Notes: generated by a model from the letters alone, not told the origin. 64,000 nucleotides of DNA from an uncultured Bacteroidales bacterium (GCA_964462015.1 CAYWXI010000004.1:15859-79858); one strand, 5' to 3'; positions 1 to 10,107 are shown, numbered from the stretch's first letter. Numbers and translations are program-made.

Positions 1-545
1 TTACCTAACGAAAGAGAAAATGAATCAATAATTGCCCAATATTCCTTTTTTGTTTTTATATAAGCTTCGATTGCTTTTGTATTTGATAAAAAAGCGAGTT
101 TTGGTATTTTTTTAATCGGAAAATATTTAACTGAAACAGCGTCGTCACCGGCTTCTAATATTCCGCCGGTTTGCTCTACTTCGAATGAAAGAAAAATCAG
201 GTCGCCATATAAATAATTTGTACATGAATCCGCATCAATAAAAGTTGTGATTTTTGCTTTCAAACCTGTCTCTTCTTCGAGTTCTCTAAGGGCTGCTTTC
301 TCGATGGTTTCGCCTGTTTCGGCAAAACCAGAGGGTAAGCACCACATTCCTTTGTATGGTTTATTCCCTCTTTTTACGAGCAATATCTTTCGATCCTTTT
401 CAAGAATTGTTGATACCACAGGTAAAGGATTATCATAGAAAAAGAGATTACATGACTGACAGTGTTCTCTTAATATGTCGTTTTCCAATTTCTTAGAAAT
501 TTTTTCACTGCAATAGGGACAAAAAATCCTGTTTTTCTTTTTCAT
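1..545 (-). CDS. NUDIX hydrolase with N-terminal zinc ribbon (C-terminus runs off the left window edge)
   Basis: Own translation of the minus strand from ATG (545-543): MKKKNRIFCPYCSEKISKKLENDILREHCQSCN (CxxC-N16-CxxC), then Nudix box GFAETGETIEKAALRELEEETG. The frame stays open to the window edge, so it is missing from the ORF track. Confidence 0.85.
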   Translation of the reverse strand, partial: MKKKNRIFCPYCSEKISKKLENDILREHCQSCNLFFYDNPLPVVSTILEKDRKILLVKRGNKPYKGMWCLPSGFAETGETIEKAALRELEEETGLKAKITTFIDADSCTNYLYGDLIFLSFEVEQTGGILEAGDDAVSVKYFPIKKIPKLAFLSNTKAIEAYIKTKKEYWAIIDSFSLSLG

Positions 546-630
546 AGTTCCTCGTTTTTCATATTCTAATTTTCAAAACAAAACCAATTTATTACTAATT
601 AAGCATTTCTTTTTCCAAAATTTCTAAATT

Positions 631-672
631 AAAAAACAAGGAACATTGAATAAGGAACAAGAAATCAGGAAT
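631..672. repeat. GAACAAG-word arm, left flank of the four-helix-bundle gene
   Basis: aaaaaacaaggaacattgaataaggaacaagaaatcaggaat. It is complementary in word content to 1067-1112 (654-665 pairs with 1067-1078 at 11/12). Confidence 0.6.
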
Positions 673-673
673 T

Positions 674-1027
674 TTACTGCTTAGCTGTTTCAATACTTTT
701 TAAATATATAGCTATCAATTCATTGTTTTCATTTATTATACTATCCATTTTATCAGGTTTTAATAATGGTTTTCTTTGGATGATTTTCAAGCAAATTCTT
801 GTTTCTCTTAGTTCTTTTAAAATAACTTTTAGTTTGTGTACAAAATCCTTTGTTGATTCAGCTGATTGGGCTTCGCCACAATTTAAAGCAGGGGAAGTTC
901 CACAACGGATTAATTGATTACCAATGTGGTTGCCCAACCTTGTATTTGGAAGAACCTCAACGATTTCACTAATTCGTATCGCAAAGTCGATTAATCTGTC
1001 TTCTAAGTCAAATTTTTTATTTGCCAT
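674..1027 (-). CDS. four-helix-bundle protein (23S rRNA intervening-sequence protein / Avd-like family)
   Basis: 117-aa ORF. Size and sequence (RLIDFAIRI...LPNTRLGNHIGNQLIRCGTSPALNCGEAQSAES..DFVHKL.I.LKELRET..CL) match the family as I remember it. Confidence 0.85.
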   Translation of the reverse strand: MANKKFDLEDRLIDFAIRISEIVEVLPNTRLGNHIGNQLIRCGTSPALNCGEAQSAESTKDFVHKLKVILKELRETRICLKIIQRKPLLKPDKMDSIINENNELIAIYLKSIETAKQ

Positions 1028-1066
1028 TTTAATTAAAGCTTTTTTAATTAATAATTATATGTTTGC

Positions 1067-1112
1067 ATTTCTTGTTTCTTGTTTCTTGTTTCTTGTTTTT
1101 GTTCCTAATTCG
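1067..1112. repeat. CTTGTTT-word arm, right flank of the four-helix-bundle gene (complement of the left arm words)
   Basis: atttcttgtttcttgtttcttgtttcttgtttttgttcctaattcg. Tandem ttcttgt units. Confidence 0.6.
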
Positions 1113-1182
1113 TTATTCATCATTTTACAGATACGAAGGTACATAAACCAATGAATTATTCCTTTTTTTAAAATATGATGTT

Positions 1183-1989
1183 TTAAGTTTTTGAACAAAT
1201 AAATATAATATCATCCTTATTGGTCTCAAAACTTTTCATGGTTTTTATATTTTGCTTTAAGCAATTAATCACTTTATCATGTAAACCTTTGTTATTCCGA
1301 ATGAAAAAGGGGCATTTATGTCGAAAATATTTAATGAAATCAGAAAAATCTTTTTTATCAAAAACCAAAGAATTTTTATAACCTAATACCTCTATTTTCT
1401 TAAACCATGGTGACAATAGTTGAAAGCCATTTTTGTCGGAAAAATTATTTAACAATTTTTCATATGGCAAATCCTTTTCCATAACAATGCTGTTTTCTTT
1501 GAGTATTCTTTTTACCAACAAGGTTAATTCATTGAGGTGTTGTTTTGTATGAGTTATAGTGATAAATAAATCATCTTTATTCATCATCTTCGAAATTTGA
1601 GGTATGACCTCAGGGAAAAAATATAAGGCATAGCTGCAAAGAATTAAATCAAATTTTTTATTAATAATTAAGTTTAATTCCGGCAGGTTGGAATTAAGAA
1701 ATTCCCCTTTAAAACCGGCTGTTTGGCAAATATTAAGAAAATCATTTTTATTGTTAATACAGTAGTCAATTCCGGTTAAATGAGCATTAGATTGAACTCT
1801 CCCTTTTAAAGCTTTTGTAAAAAAACCGGTTCCACATCCCAGGTCTAGAATTGATTTTACCGATTTAATATTAACAAAGTTTAGAACTATATCTCTAATA
1901 TCCTGCTTGTTTTTCGAGTGGATATTAATTATATCAGCAACAGTATTATTAATAACAACATCAGCAAAAGCCTCAACAAGATTATTCAT
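1183..1989 (-). CDS. class I SAM-dependent methyltransferase
   Basis: 268-aa ORF with motif I ILDLGCGTGFF and a post-I/II region (FDLILCSYALYFF). Confidence 0.8.
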   Translation of the reverse strand: MNNLVEAFADVVINNTVADIINIHSKNKQDIRDIVLNFVNIKSVKSILDLGCGTGFFTKALKGRVQSNAHLTGIDYCINNKNDFLNICQTAGFKGEFLNSNLPELNLIINKKFDLILCSYALYFFPEVIPQISKMMNKDDLFITITHTKQHLNELTLLVKRILKENSIVMEKDLPYEKLLNNFSDKNGFQLLSPWFKKIEVLGYKNSLVFDKKDFSDFIKYFRHKCPFFIRNNKGLHDKVINCLKQNIKTMKSFETNKDDIIFICSKT

Positions 1990-2171
1990 TTTTATTTAAA
2001 TAATTTACCTAGTTATATTTTTTACTAATTTAATAAAAAATTTAGAAAGTGAATTAGAAAGCAGATTAAAATTCATTACGGAATATATCAGTTACTCATA
2101 TTCGCCACAGATTCTCAGACAATAAGAAATAGAGTGTTTTTAATCAGAGAATCTTTGGCTTTCTTAATTCT

Positions 2172-2852
2172 TCACAACCGTAAATCACTTAGAACCAAAC
2201 TTAAAAAAGTCGGTTTAAAATTGAAAACCAATATATTTCTTGCCAGGTCAAATATTTTTACATTGGACTTGTCGATAACTACAGAATCGGAAGTAGCACA
2301 AATCCCTTTATTAAGGTTTATTAAGTTATAATCAGGAGAATGAACTGTTTTGGCAAAGCCGGAAATATTATTGTTTGCAAGAGTTTCATTTAGATAAGAG
2401 GATAATTCACCACTAAAACTTACCGGATTATCCAAATAAAATATGGTTTCTTTTGGATATAGAATTTTCAAATAATTAATAATTAACCCAATTGATTTTT
2501 GAAAAAAGTTATCGCGGAAAGCTTTTCCGTGAATCTCAGAAGCATCGCGCAAGAAATTATCATTCCCTACAAAAACTACATTTCCAAACAAGTAACTACT
2601 GATTGTTATTAAAACATTATAAGCATCTACATAAAGAGTATTGTTTTTTACATCTTCTATATCAATAATTTTTTTTTGTCTGTTTATTGCAATTTTCTGA
2701 GGTGCTATTCCTCTGAATAAAATTGTTCTTTCAACGGATGATAAAGAATATCTGTCGCAAATAATTTTTATTATTGCTTTTTGGGGGTATTTTTTGTCAA
2801 GCAAATACTGATAATCATTAATAGCATTTAGAAAATTTTCAGTAAAAGTCAT
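2172..2852 (-). CDS. conserved hypothetical protein, DUF434-like N-terminus
   Basis: 226-aa ORF. AINDYQYLLDKKYPQKAIIKIICDRYSLSSVERTILFRG resembles the DUF434 signature from memory. Function unknown. Confidence 0.6.
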   Translation of the reverse strand: MTFTENFLNAINDYQYLLDKKYPQKAIIKIICDRYSLSSVERTILFRGIAPQKIAINRQKKIIDIEDVKNNTLYVDAYNVLITISSYLFGNVVFVGNDNFLRDASEIHGKAFRDNFFQKSIGLIINYLKILYPKETIFYLDNPVSFSGELSSYLNETLANNNISGFAKTVHSPDYNLINLNKGICATSDSVVIDKSNVKIFDLARNILVFNFKPTFLSLVLSDLRL

Positions 2853-3028
2853 TTTATTTTCATTTAGTGGTCATTCAATGGTCATTTCCCCTTTTCCACT
2901 TATTTCATCTACTTCCCAATTAAAAAAAATTGTTTCATTGTTAATATAATACTGATTAGGCACAACATAAATTTTTCTGTATAAAGTTATAAAAAACATT
3001 AACTTTACACTCAAAAAAACTTCAAAAC

Positions 3029-3454
3029 TTGAAACTAATAATAATTAACGGACCAAATTTGAATTTGCTTGGAAAAAGAGAAACTTCGGTTTACGGTTCC
3101 ATCTCGTTTGAAGAATATTTAAGAAAACTGGAAAAACTCTTTCCGGATATTGAAATTGAGTATTTTCAAAGCAATATTGAAGGAGAAATAATTGATGCTT
3201 TACATAAAACGGGCTATTTGTTCGATGGAATTATTTTAAATGCAGGAGCTTATACCCACACATCTATTGCAATTGCCGATGCCGTAAAAGCTATCCCCGC
3301 TCCTGTTGTCGAAGTTCATATTTCAAATGTATTTTCAAGGGAAGATTTCAGGCATACTTCCTATCTTGCACCAAATTGCAAGGGTTCAATTATAGGATTT
3401 GGATTGGATTCATATAGATTGGCTATTGAAAGTTTTCTGATAGACACGAATTAG
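3029..3454 (+). CDS. aroQ: type II 3-dehydroquinate dehydratase
   Basis: 141 aa, TTG start. Has INGPNLNLLGKRE and HISNVFSRE motifs typical of type II dehydroquinase. Confidence 0.95.
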   Translation: MKLIIINGPNLNLLGKRETSVYGSISFEEYLRKLEKLFPDIEIEYFQSNIEGEIIDALHKTGYLFDGIILNAGAYTHTSIAIADAVKAIPAPVVEVHISNVFSREDFRHTSYLAPNCKGSIIGFGLDSYRLAIESFLIDTN

Positions 3455-3540
3455 TGTTCATCTATAAGCTTATAAAAAGACACGAATTTCACAAATTTAC
3501 ACGAATCTAAACTTTTTTGGCTTGTCCAGATTAGGAATGA

Positions 3541-3576
3541 GAAACAAAGAACAAAGAACAAGGAACAAAGAATGAG
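3541..3576. repeat. solo GAACAAA/GAACAAG word tract
   Basis: gaaacaaagaacaaagaacaaggaacaaagaatgag. Same word family as the arms flanking the 4HB gene 2.5 kb away. Confidence 0.6.
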
Positions 3577-3642
3577 TCTCCTATAGCCGCTTTTACCAAT
3601 CTGGAAAATCGTAACAGACTATGTTGTTCAAATGATGTTTTG

Positions 3643-3700
3643 TCATCGAATTACACTAATTGAACGAATTAAAATTCGTATAATTCGTTCAATTCGATGA
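3643..3700. repeat. ACGAATT-word hairpin (8 + 12 bp stem with a 9-nt bulge, 9-nt loop)
   Basis: tcatcgaa[ttacactaa]ttgaacgaatta-aaattcgta-taattcgttcaattcgatga. Base pairing checked by hand. Confidence 0.6.
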
Positions 3701-3752
3701 TAAATATTTCCGCTTGAAATTAGTGGGAAAAATCTTTTCCGGTTTGTTTGGT

Positions 3753-5015
3753 TTATGTTTTTTGTTTTTTCTTTTTTGCTGCCGGAAAAAGAATGTTATT
3801 TAAAATCAATCGATAGCCTGTTGAGTTTGGATGTAAATTCAAATCTGTCGGGGGATCACCGATAAAGTGATGATAATCTTCGGGATCGTGTCCGCCGTAG
3901 AATGTCCAGGTACCCTTACCAAATTCGCCATGAATATACCTCACCTCATTTGAAGCCTTATTTTCGCCCATTATCAAAGCATCGGATTTTAAATTATCAG
4001 CATTAAAAGCCGTTGTTTGTCCCATAAAACCTTTTACGACTGATTCATGATTTTGGCATAACATAGTTGGAACCGGATCCCATTTTGCAGAAAAATCAAA
4101 TAGTGTAAAAAAATCATTGTTTTGCCTTTGATTTTTTGGACGTGTTTGAGTTACATCAATTGAGGAAATCTCGTATTCATAGGGATTAGTGCTGATTGTA
4201 AAATTGGTAAAAGCAATGCATTTATTGAAATCCAATTTTTCCTGAGCATTCGGATCAGCTCCATCACCATCAAACATCACATCACAAATATCAATACCTT
4301 CGGCTGCCAATGCAACATCAAAACTATCTCCTGCCGAACACATTGCAAACAAATATCCTCCACCGGCAACAAACTCTTTTATTTTATTTGCTACGGCCAA
4401 TTTGCATTGCGATACTTTACTATACCCCAATTTATGAGCAATTTCTTCGGAAGCTTTTACATCCTCAATATACCATTGATTATTTTTATATCTTGACCAA
4501 AACTTTCCATATTGTCCTGTGAAATCTTCGTGGTGAAGGTGTAACCAATCGTATAAAGGTAGTACGCCACTAATAATTTCTTCATCATAAATTACATCAT
4601 AAGGAATTTCGGCATAAGTGAGAGCCATTGTAACAGCATCATCCCAGGGTTGTTTATTTTTGGGAGAATATATTGCAATTTTTGGTGCTTTATGCAATTT
4701 TACTTCATCCATATTTATTTCGGGGTAGGAAATCTCCTGCAAAATTGCAGTTGATTGAACATCGGCAATTACCTGATAAGTAACACCCCGAATAATACAT
4801 TCATCTTCAAATATCTGATTATATTTAAACATATAGCTTCCCCCTCTATAGTTTAGTAACCAACTAATTTCAATATCGTGTTGTAACACCCAGTATGCTA
4901 CTCCATAAGCTTTTAGGTGATCTTTTTGAGTGTCGTCCATTGGGATAAGCAAATATGCTCCCTGGCTAAAAAGTATTGAGAATAAAAATATTGAAAGTAA
5001 AAATATTCGTTTCAT
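3753..5015 (-). CDS. secreted conserved protein of unknown function
   Basis: 420-aa ORF with signal peptide MKRIFLLSIFLFSILFSQG. Homologs are, as I recall, often auto-annotated asparagine synthetase B, which I cannot support from motifs. Confidence 0.6.
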   Translation of the reverse strand: MKRIFLLSIFLFSILFSQGAYLLIPMDDTQKDHLKAYGVAYWVLQHDIEISWLLNYRGGSYMFKYNQIFEDECIIRGVTYQVIADVQSTAILQEISYPEINMDEVKLHKAPKIAIYSPKNKQPWDDAVTMALTYAEIPYDVIYDEEIISGVLPLYDWLHLHHEDFTGQYGKFWSRYKNNQWYIEDVKASEEIAHKLGYSKVSQCKLAVANKIKEFVAGGGYLFAMCSAGDSFDVALAAEGIDICDVMFDGDGADPNAQEKLDFNKCIAFTNFTISTNPYEYEISSIDVTQTRPKNQRQNNDFFTLFDFSAKWDPVPTMLCQNHESVVKGFMGQTTAFNADNLKSDALIMGENKASNEVRYIHGEFGKGTWTFYGGHDPEDYHHFIGDPPTDLNLHPNSTGYRLILNNILFPAAKKKKQKT

Positions 5016-5166
5016 GTGTTTGTTTTTTGTAGTTAATACATTTTTAGTTGGTGATATTTTTAAAACTCATATTGAAGAAATTGAAAATTAAAATTCATGA
5101 AAATTTTAGGATTCATTACATAATCATGCTCCTGTGTGTTCAATTTGCCTTGCAATATTTGTTTCA

Positions 5167-7038
5167 TCACTCATTATCAAGTTTTTCGAAAATAGAGTTT
5201 CGGCTAATATATTCAGGAATAATTTCCTTCATTTTTTTTACAATTTCAAATTGATCATGCGAACCATTCATTTTAATCAATTCATCAATTTGTTCCACAA
5301 TTTCCTTAGGATCATATTCTTTTACTTTCCCAATGAGAATTTGCGGATGATGGGTTGGAATTGTATTTTCCTGATTATTTAATAATTCTTCATATAATTT
5401 TTCACCGGGACGTAATCCTGTAAATTTAATCTTAATATCTTTTTCAAGGATTAAACCCGATAATCTGATCATTTTTTTTGCAAGATCAACAATTTTAACT
5501 GATTTCCCCATATCAAACACCAAAATCTCGCCACCTTTTCCCATTGTACATGCTTCAAGCACTAATTGGCATGCCTCCGGAATAGTCATAAAAAAGCGTG
5601 TTATATCGGGATGAGTTATCGTGATTGGGCCACCTTTTTCTATTTGTTTTCGAAACAATGGAATTACTGAACCATTTGAACCAAGGACATTGCCGAAGCG
5701 AGTTGTAATGAAACTCGTTTTTGCGTTATTTTGTAATGATTGGATATAAATTTCAGCAATACGTTTTGTGGCACCCATTACATTTGTCGGATTAACGGCC
5801 TTGTCAGTAGAAATTAAAACAAATTTTTTCACTTTAAATTCAATTGCGAGGTCGGATAAAACTTTTGATCCGTAAATATTGGTTTGGAGAGCTTCTAAGA
5901 TATTGTTTTCCATTACAGGTACATGTTTATATGCAGCGGCATGAAACACAATTTCGGGTGTAAATTTTCGGAAAATACTCTCAATACGGGATTTATTACA
6001 AATATCAGCTATAATAAACTCATAATTAACTTGTGGGAATTTCTCGTTACATTCCAGTTCGAGATGAAATAATGGGCTTTCTGCCTGATCTACTAAAATT
6101 ATTTGTTTACACGAAAAGCGAGAAACCTGCCGTACCAACTCACCTCCTATCGAACCTGAAGCTCCGGTTATCAAAACTATCTTTCCTTCCAGCTCCAGGC
6201 TAATTTTCTCCTCATTAAGTTTTATAACATTACGGCCAAGTAAATCCTCTATTTTTATTTTCTTAATTTGATTAAAACTTAATTCGCCATTAATCCAGGT
6301 GATTACAGGAGGTACACTTAATACCTTAACATTTTTTTGAAGGCATAATTCAATGATCTCTTTCTTTCTTTTTATATTTAAATTTTGAACAGAAATAATA
6401 AGTTGATCAATCTCTTTTTCAGCTAACAGGTATTTTAATTTATTAAATCCTGAAATTTTTACACCTTCAAGTTTTTTACCTGCTTTTTTTTGATCGTCAT
6501 CAATAAAAGCAAGTACTTTATATTTTGAGCCTGCATCTCTGTCCAGAACACGTTTTGAAATAATTCCTGCTTCACCGGCACCAAATATGATAATATTTAA
6601 TTTTTCCTTGGATGAATTTGAAAATTCAAGATAGGAAAGTTTCACAATTACTCTAAACGATGTCAAAACAAAAGAACTGGTTATGAAATCAATTATGATG
6701 ATTGAATACGGAATGAAATTAATTTTATTAATAAAATAAAATGTAATAATGTCAGTCAACACAAAAATAACACTCCCACATAATATCATAAGAAAAATCA
6801 TCACAACATCCTGACTATTCGTGTGTCGAACTATGCCCGCATAAGTTTTTGCAATAAAAAACCCAATTATTCTAACGACTAAAACAAAAAGTAAAACCTT
6901 AGGAAAGGCTTGCATTTCATTTTCAGGGATCGAAAAATTAAAACGCAGTAAATAAGCCAGGCTAACAGAAAAAATTATAATACAGACATCTATAAGAAAT
7001 ATTAACCAACGTGGTGTATTATTTTTTATTAAAATCAT
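5167..7038 (-). CDS. membrane-bound polysaccharide biosynthesis protein, CapD/PglF/WbpM-like nucleotide-sugar 4,6-dehydratase
   Basis: 623 aa. N-terminal TM helices, then Rossmann segments FGAGEAG and TGASGSIGGEL and the SDR catalytic region HAAAYKHVP. Confidence 0.9.
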   Translation of the reverse strand: MILIKNNTPRWLIFLIDVCIIIFSVSLAYLLRFNFSIPENEMQAFPKVLLFVLVVRIIGFFIAKTYAGIVRHTNSQDVVMIFLMILCGSVIFVLTDIITFYFINKINFIPYSIIIIDFITSSFVLTSFRVIVKLSYLEFSNSSKEKLNIIIFGAGEAGIISKRVLDRDAGSKYKVLAFIDDDQKKAGKKLEGVKISGFNKLKYLLAEKEIDQLIISVQNLNIKRKKEIIELCLQKNVKVLSVPPVITWINGELSFNQIKKIKIEDLLGRNVIKLNEEKISLELEGKIVLITGASGSIGGELVRQVSRFSCKQIILVDQAESPLFHLELECNEKFPQVNYEFIIADICNKSRIESIFRKFTPEIVFHAAAYKHVPVMENNILEALQTNIYGSKVLSDLAIEFKVKKFVLISTDKAVNPTNVMGATKRIAEIYIQSLQNNAKTSFITTRFGNVLGSNGSVIPLFRKQIEKGGPITITHPDITRFFMTIPEACQLVLEACTMGKGGEILVFDMGKSVKIVDLAKKMIRLSGLILEKDIKIKFTGLRPGEKLYEELLNNQENTIPTHHPQILIGKVKEYDPKEIVEQIDELIKMNGSHDQFEIVKKMKEIIPEYISRNSIFEKLDNE

Positions 7039-7201
7039 TTGTCCGATTTATCAAATATGATTTATTAAATATTTTTTTTGTAAAATTAACAAAATCAATA
7101 CTACAAACCTTTTAATAATTATTAATGTTTTAATATGCTTTTTAGTATTGAAAAATGAAAAAAAATATTAGCAAGTTCTATGTTTGTTCCACTCAAATTA
7201 A

Positions 7202-7209
7202 TACTTTTG
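7202..7209 (+). promoter_or_regulatory. candidate Bacteroidota -7 promoter box (TAnnTTTG) for gcvT
   Basis: TACTTTTG 42 nt upstream of the gcvT ATG. A TTTG lies at 7183-7186, though the spacing is shorter than the textbook value. Confidence 0.45.
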
Positions 7210-7250
7210 CCGCACATAAATTAATTTTGTACATATAAAATAATCTGAAC

Positions 7251-8339
7251 ATGAAAAATACAGCATTTATTGATTTTCATAAATCCTTGGGTGCAAAAAT
7301 CGTTGCTTTTGCCGGATATAATATGCCAATTCAGTTTGAAGGCATTAATATTGAACACGAAACAGTTAGAAAAAATGTTGGAGTTTTTGATGTTTCACAC
7401 ATGGGTGAATTTTGGGTAAAAGGCCCAAAAGCTTTTGAATTAGTGCAAAAACTCACCTCAAATGATGTAGCAAAATTAACAGAAGGGAAAATTCAATACA
7501 CTTGTTTTCCAAATGACAAAGGAGGAATTGTTGATGATTTGTTGGTTTATTGCATCGATAATGAGACATATTTGTTAGTTGTTAACGCCTCAAACATAGC
7601 AAAAGATTGGGATTGGGTCAATAGTAAAAATGATGTTGGTGCAGAATTAATCAATGCTTCTGATGAAATTTCTCAACTAGCAATTCAAGGCCCAAAAGCC
7701 TTGGAACTTATGCAAAAACTCACCTATACCGATCTTTCTGTTATTTCATATTATACTTTTAAGTATACTGAATTTGCGGGAGTTAAAAATGTTTTAATTT
7801 CCGCAACAGGATATACAGGTGCAGGTGGATTTGAAATTTATTTGGAAAATAAAGATGCCAAAAAAATATGGGATGCAATTTTTGAAGCCGGTAAGGAATT
7901 TGGTGTAAAACCCATTGGATTAGCTGCTCGTGATACTCTTCGTTTAGAAATGGGATTTTGCCTTTACGGAAACGATATCAATGAAACAACCTCCCCCATC
8001 GAAGCCGGGCTGGGTTGGATCACAAAATTTGTTGAAGGTAATAATTTCATTAATCGTGAAACGTTTCAAAAACAAAAAGAAGATGGTGTTAACAAGCGAT
8101 TAAAGGCCTTTGAAATGATTGATAACGGAATTCCGCGACAACATTATGAGATTTGTGATAATCTGGGAAACATTATTGGCGAAGTTACATCGGGAACTAT
8201 GTCACCTTCAATGAAAAAAGCTATCGGAATGGGATATGTTAGAACAGGTTTTACGAAACTTGATACTGAGATTTTTATTAAAATCAGAAATAAATTACGA
8301 AAAGCAAAAATTGTAAAACTTCCGTTTTATAAAGGATAG
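7251..8339 (+). CDS. gcvT: glycine cleavage system aminomethyltransferase (T protein)
   Basis: 362 aa. N-terminal [35 protein letters not shown] and a C-terminal barrel are typical of GcvT. Confidence 0.95.
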   Translation: MKNTAFIDFHKSLGAKIVAFAGYNMPIQFEGINIEHETVRKNVGVFDVSHMGEFWVKGPKAFELVQKLTSNDVAKLTEGKIQYTCFPNDKGGIVDDLLVYCIDNETYLLVVNASNIAKDWDWVNSKNDVGAELINASDEISQLAIQGPKALELMQKLTYTDLSVISYYTFKYTEFAGVKNVLISATGYTGAGGFEIYLENKDAKKIWDAIFEAGKEFGVKPIGLAARDTLRLEMGFCLYGNDINETTSPIEAGLGWITKFVEGNNFINRETFQKQKEDGVNKRLKAFEMIDNGIPRQHYEICDNLGNIIGEVTSGTMSPSMKKAIGMGYVRTGFTKLDTEIFIKIRNKLRKAKIVKLPFYKG

Positions 8340-8391
8340 TGAAAAAATATAATCACAATCTCAGAAAATTCTTGTTAATATTGTTAAATTG

Positions 8392-8871
8392 TTATATTGT
8401 TGTAATATTCAACGTCTCTATTATCTCATTAATATACTTCATGGCATTGGGATCACCTTCCCCAGGTGCCCAACTTGCAAAGTTTTTATCTACTGTTGCA
8501 TCATAAGGCCCATCTTTAACTTCGTAGGCAACGCTGTTTTTTTCAAGGCTAATAATTGAATGCCACGTTCGGGGAGGAATTTCTGCACCAAAATTTCCAA
8601 CTAAAGGATTGAGAATAATATGATCACTAATATTTCCTTCATCATCAAACTCAACTACAAGTATCTTTCCTCTTAGCACAAAAAATGCTTCAACCTTGTC
8701 GGGATTTTCATGTTTATGTGGTTGAATGTAAGTACCAGGTTCAATTGCATTGAGCATTCTTTGCAAAGTTGCCGAAGGATCTTTATGGAAATTAAAATTC
8801 ATCCTGCGACGTTTTGAGGTTCTAGCTTTTACTGAGGTTATTTCAATAAATTCTTCATTAATTTTTATCAT
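8392..8871 (-). CDS. WbuC-family cupin fold metalloprotein
   Basis: 159 aa. Cupin core IQPHKHENPDKVEAFFVLRG...WHS, in a polysaccharide gene context. Confidence 0.7.
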   Translation of the reverse strand: MIKINEEFIEITSVKARTSKRRRMNFNFHKDPSATLQRMLNAIEPGTYIQPHKHENPDKVEAFFVLRGKILVVEFDDEGNISDHIILNPLVGNFGAEIPPRTWHSIISLEKNSVAYEVKDGPYDATVDKNFASWAPGEGDPNAMKYINEIIETLNITTI

Positions 8872-8943
8872 TTGATAGTAATTTAATTGTAATTTCCTTT
8901 ATTTCCCATATTCCCCATATACCTACTGTTCTCATTATCTCCC

Positions 8944-10107
8944 CTATTTCCAAATCATTAGTTTTTCAAGTTTGGCTGTTGCACTTTCCCAATTATAATT
9001 ATTAATTATATATTTATAACCATTTTTGGCTAATTTTTCGGCTTTTATTGGATTTTTTAATAAATCAATAATAAGTGAAGCATATTCATCAGGTGAAGAA
9101 CCTATTAAAATTTCTTTTTCCTGTTCTGCTCCTAATGCATTATTTGCCAGTTGCGAAGTTATTGAAGGTATTTGCATTGCCATTGCTTCCAATAATTTAT
9201 TTTGCAATCCGGTTCCAATTTGCATGGGTGCAATAAATATTTTCGCTTTAGCATAACTTTCACGCATATCGTCAACCCATCCGGCAACCTTTACATTTTT
9301 CGAATCAAGAGCTAAAACGCTTTTATCAGGATTAGCTCCTGCCAACAGCAAATTGACTTCAGGCATTGTTTTATGAACTAACGGAAGGATATTTTTAACA
9401 ATATAAACCGCAGCTTTTGCATTTGGCGGATATCCCATATTTCCCGTAAAAACAAGATCATATTCTTTTTTCATTTCAAAAGGATGAAAAAAATCCGTAT
9501 CAACGCCGTTAATAACTATTTCGATTTTATGATTTTCGGAATGTGAAATTAAATCACGATCAGGTATTGATATAATTGTTTTATTATCAAATAAATCAAA
9601 AACAATTCTTTCGTAGGCCAAAACACGATTATATTCAATCCTGAAAAATGGTTTTAAATAAAACGGCGCTGAGTGAATTCGCCTTTCAATCCCTTTCGAA
9701 AAAACATCCTGATAATCTATGGTTTTTGAAATTTCCTGATCTTTAACATATTCAGCTACCCTGATCAATTGACAATAAATGTGATCGGGTTTATGTTTTT
9801 TAATCAGGTCATTTATCTTTTTCTTTGCTTTTGAATTATAAAAATACCCTACCTGAAAAGGTTTCCCAAACAAAAAGGCTTTTAAAATATTAAAGATTAT
9901 CGAAAACCTGGAAATTGTGAAAAAATTTATCGATTTACAATATTTTTGTAAAGTTTTTCTTGCTTCTATATGAATTTTCGTGTCATTAATTGCACAAAGA
10001 ATTATTTCATTATTTTTCGATAAGCAACGGATTTGATGAAAAGCGCGCAACTTATCACCTTTTTCTAAAGGGTATGGTATTCGGGGAAGGATTACGAAAA
10101 TTTTCAT
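8944..10107 (-). CDS. glycosyltransferase family 4 (GT-B)
   Basis: 387 aa. C-terminal GT1/GT4 region FIAPMQIGTGLQNKLLEAMAMQIPSI. Confidence 0.85.
   Translation of the reverse strand: MKIFVILPRIPYPLEKGDKLRAFHQIRCLSKNNEIILCAINDTKIHIEARKTLQKYCKSINFFTISRFSIIFNILKAFLFGKPFQVGYFYNSKAKKKINDLIKKHKPDHIYCQLIRVAEYVKDQEISKTIDYQDVFSKGIERRIHSAPFYLKPFFRIEYNRVLAYERIVFDLFDNKTIISIPDRDLISHSENHKIEIVINGVDTDFFHPFEMKKEYDLVFTGNMGYPPNAKAAVYIVKNILPLVHKTMPEVNLLLAGANPDKSVLALDSKNVKVAGWVDDMRESYAKAKIFIAPMQIGTGLQNKLLEAMAMQIPSITSQLANNALGAEQEKEILIGSSPDEYASLIIDLLKNPIKAEKLAKNGYKYIINNYNWESATAKLEKLMIWK

Noticed and set aside
247-438. 63-aa plus-strand ORF from the track.
   Set aside because: It lies antisense within the well-supported NUDIX hydrolase gene and has no motifs.
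723-1154. Plus-strand ORFs 723..917 and 924..1154.
   Set aside because: They lie antisense to the four-helix-bundle gene and run through the low-complexity CTTGTTT tract. Their composition is not protein-like.
631-1989. Diversity-generating retroelement, suggested by the Avd-like four-helix-bundle gene.
   Set aside because: There is no reverse transcriptase ORF and no template/variable repeat pair with adenine-specific differences in the neighbourhood. The neighbours are a NUDIX hydrolase and a methyltransferase.
7039-7250. Glycine riboswitch upstream of gcvT.
   Set aside because: The leader is extremely AT-rich and lacks the conserved GGAGAG...CACCG-type cores. Only a promoter-like TAnnTTTG box is evident.
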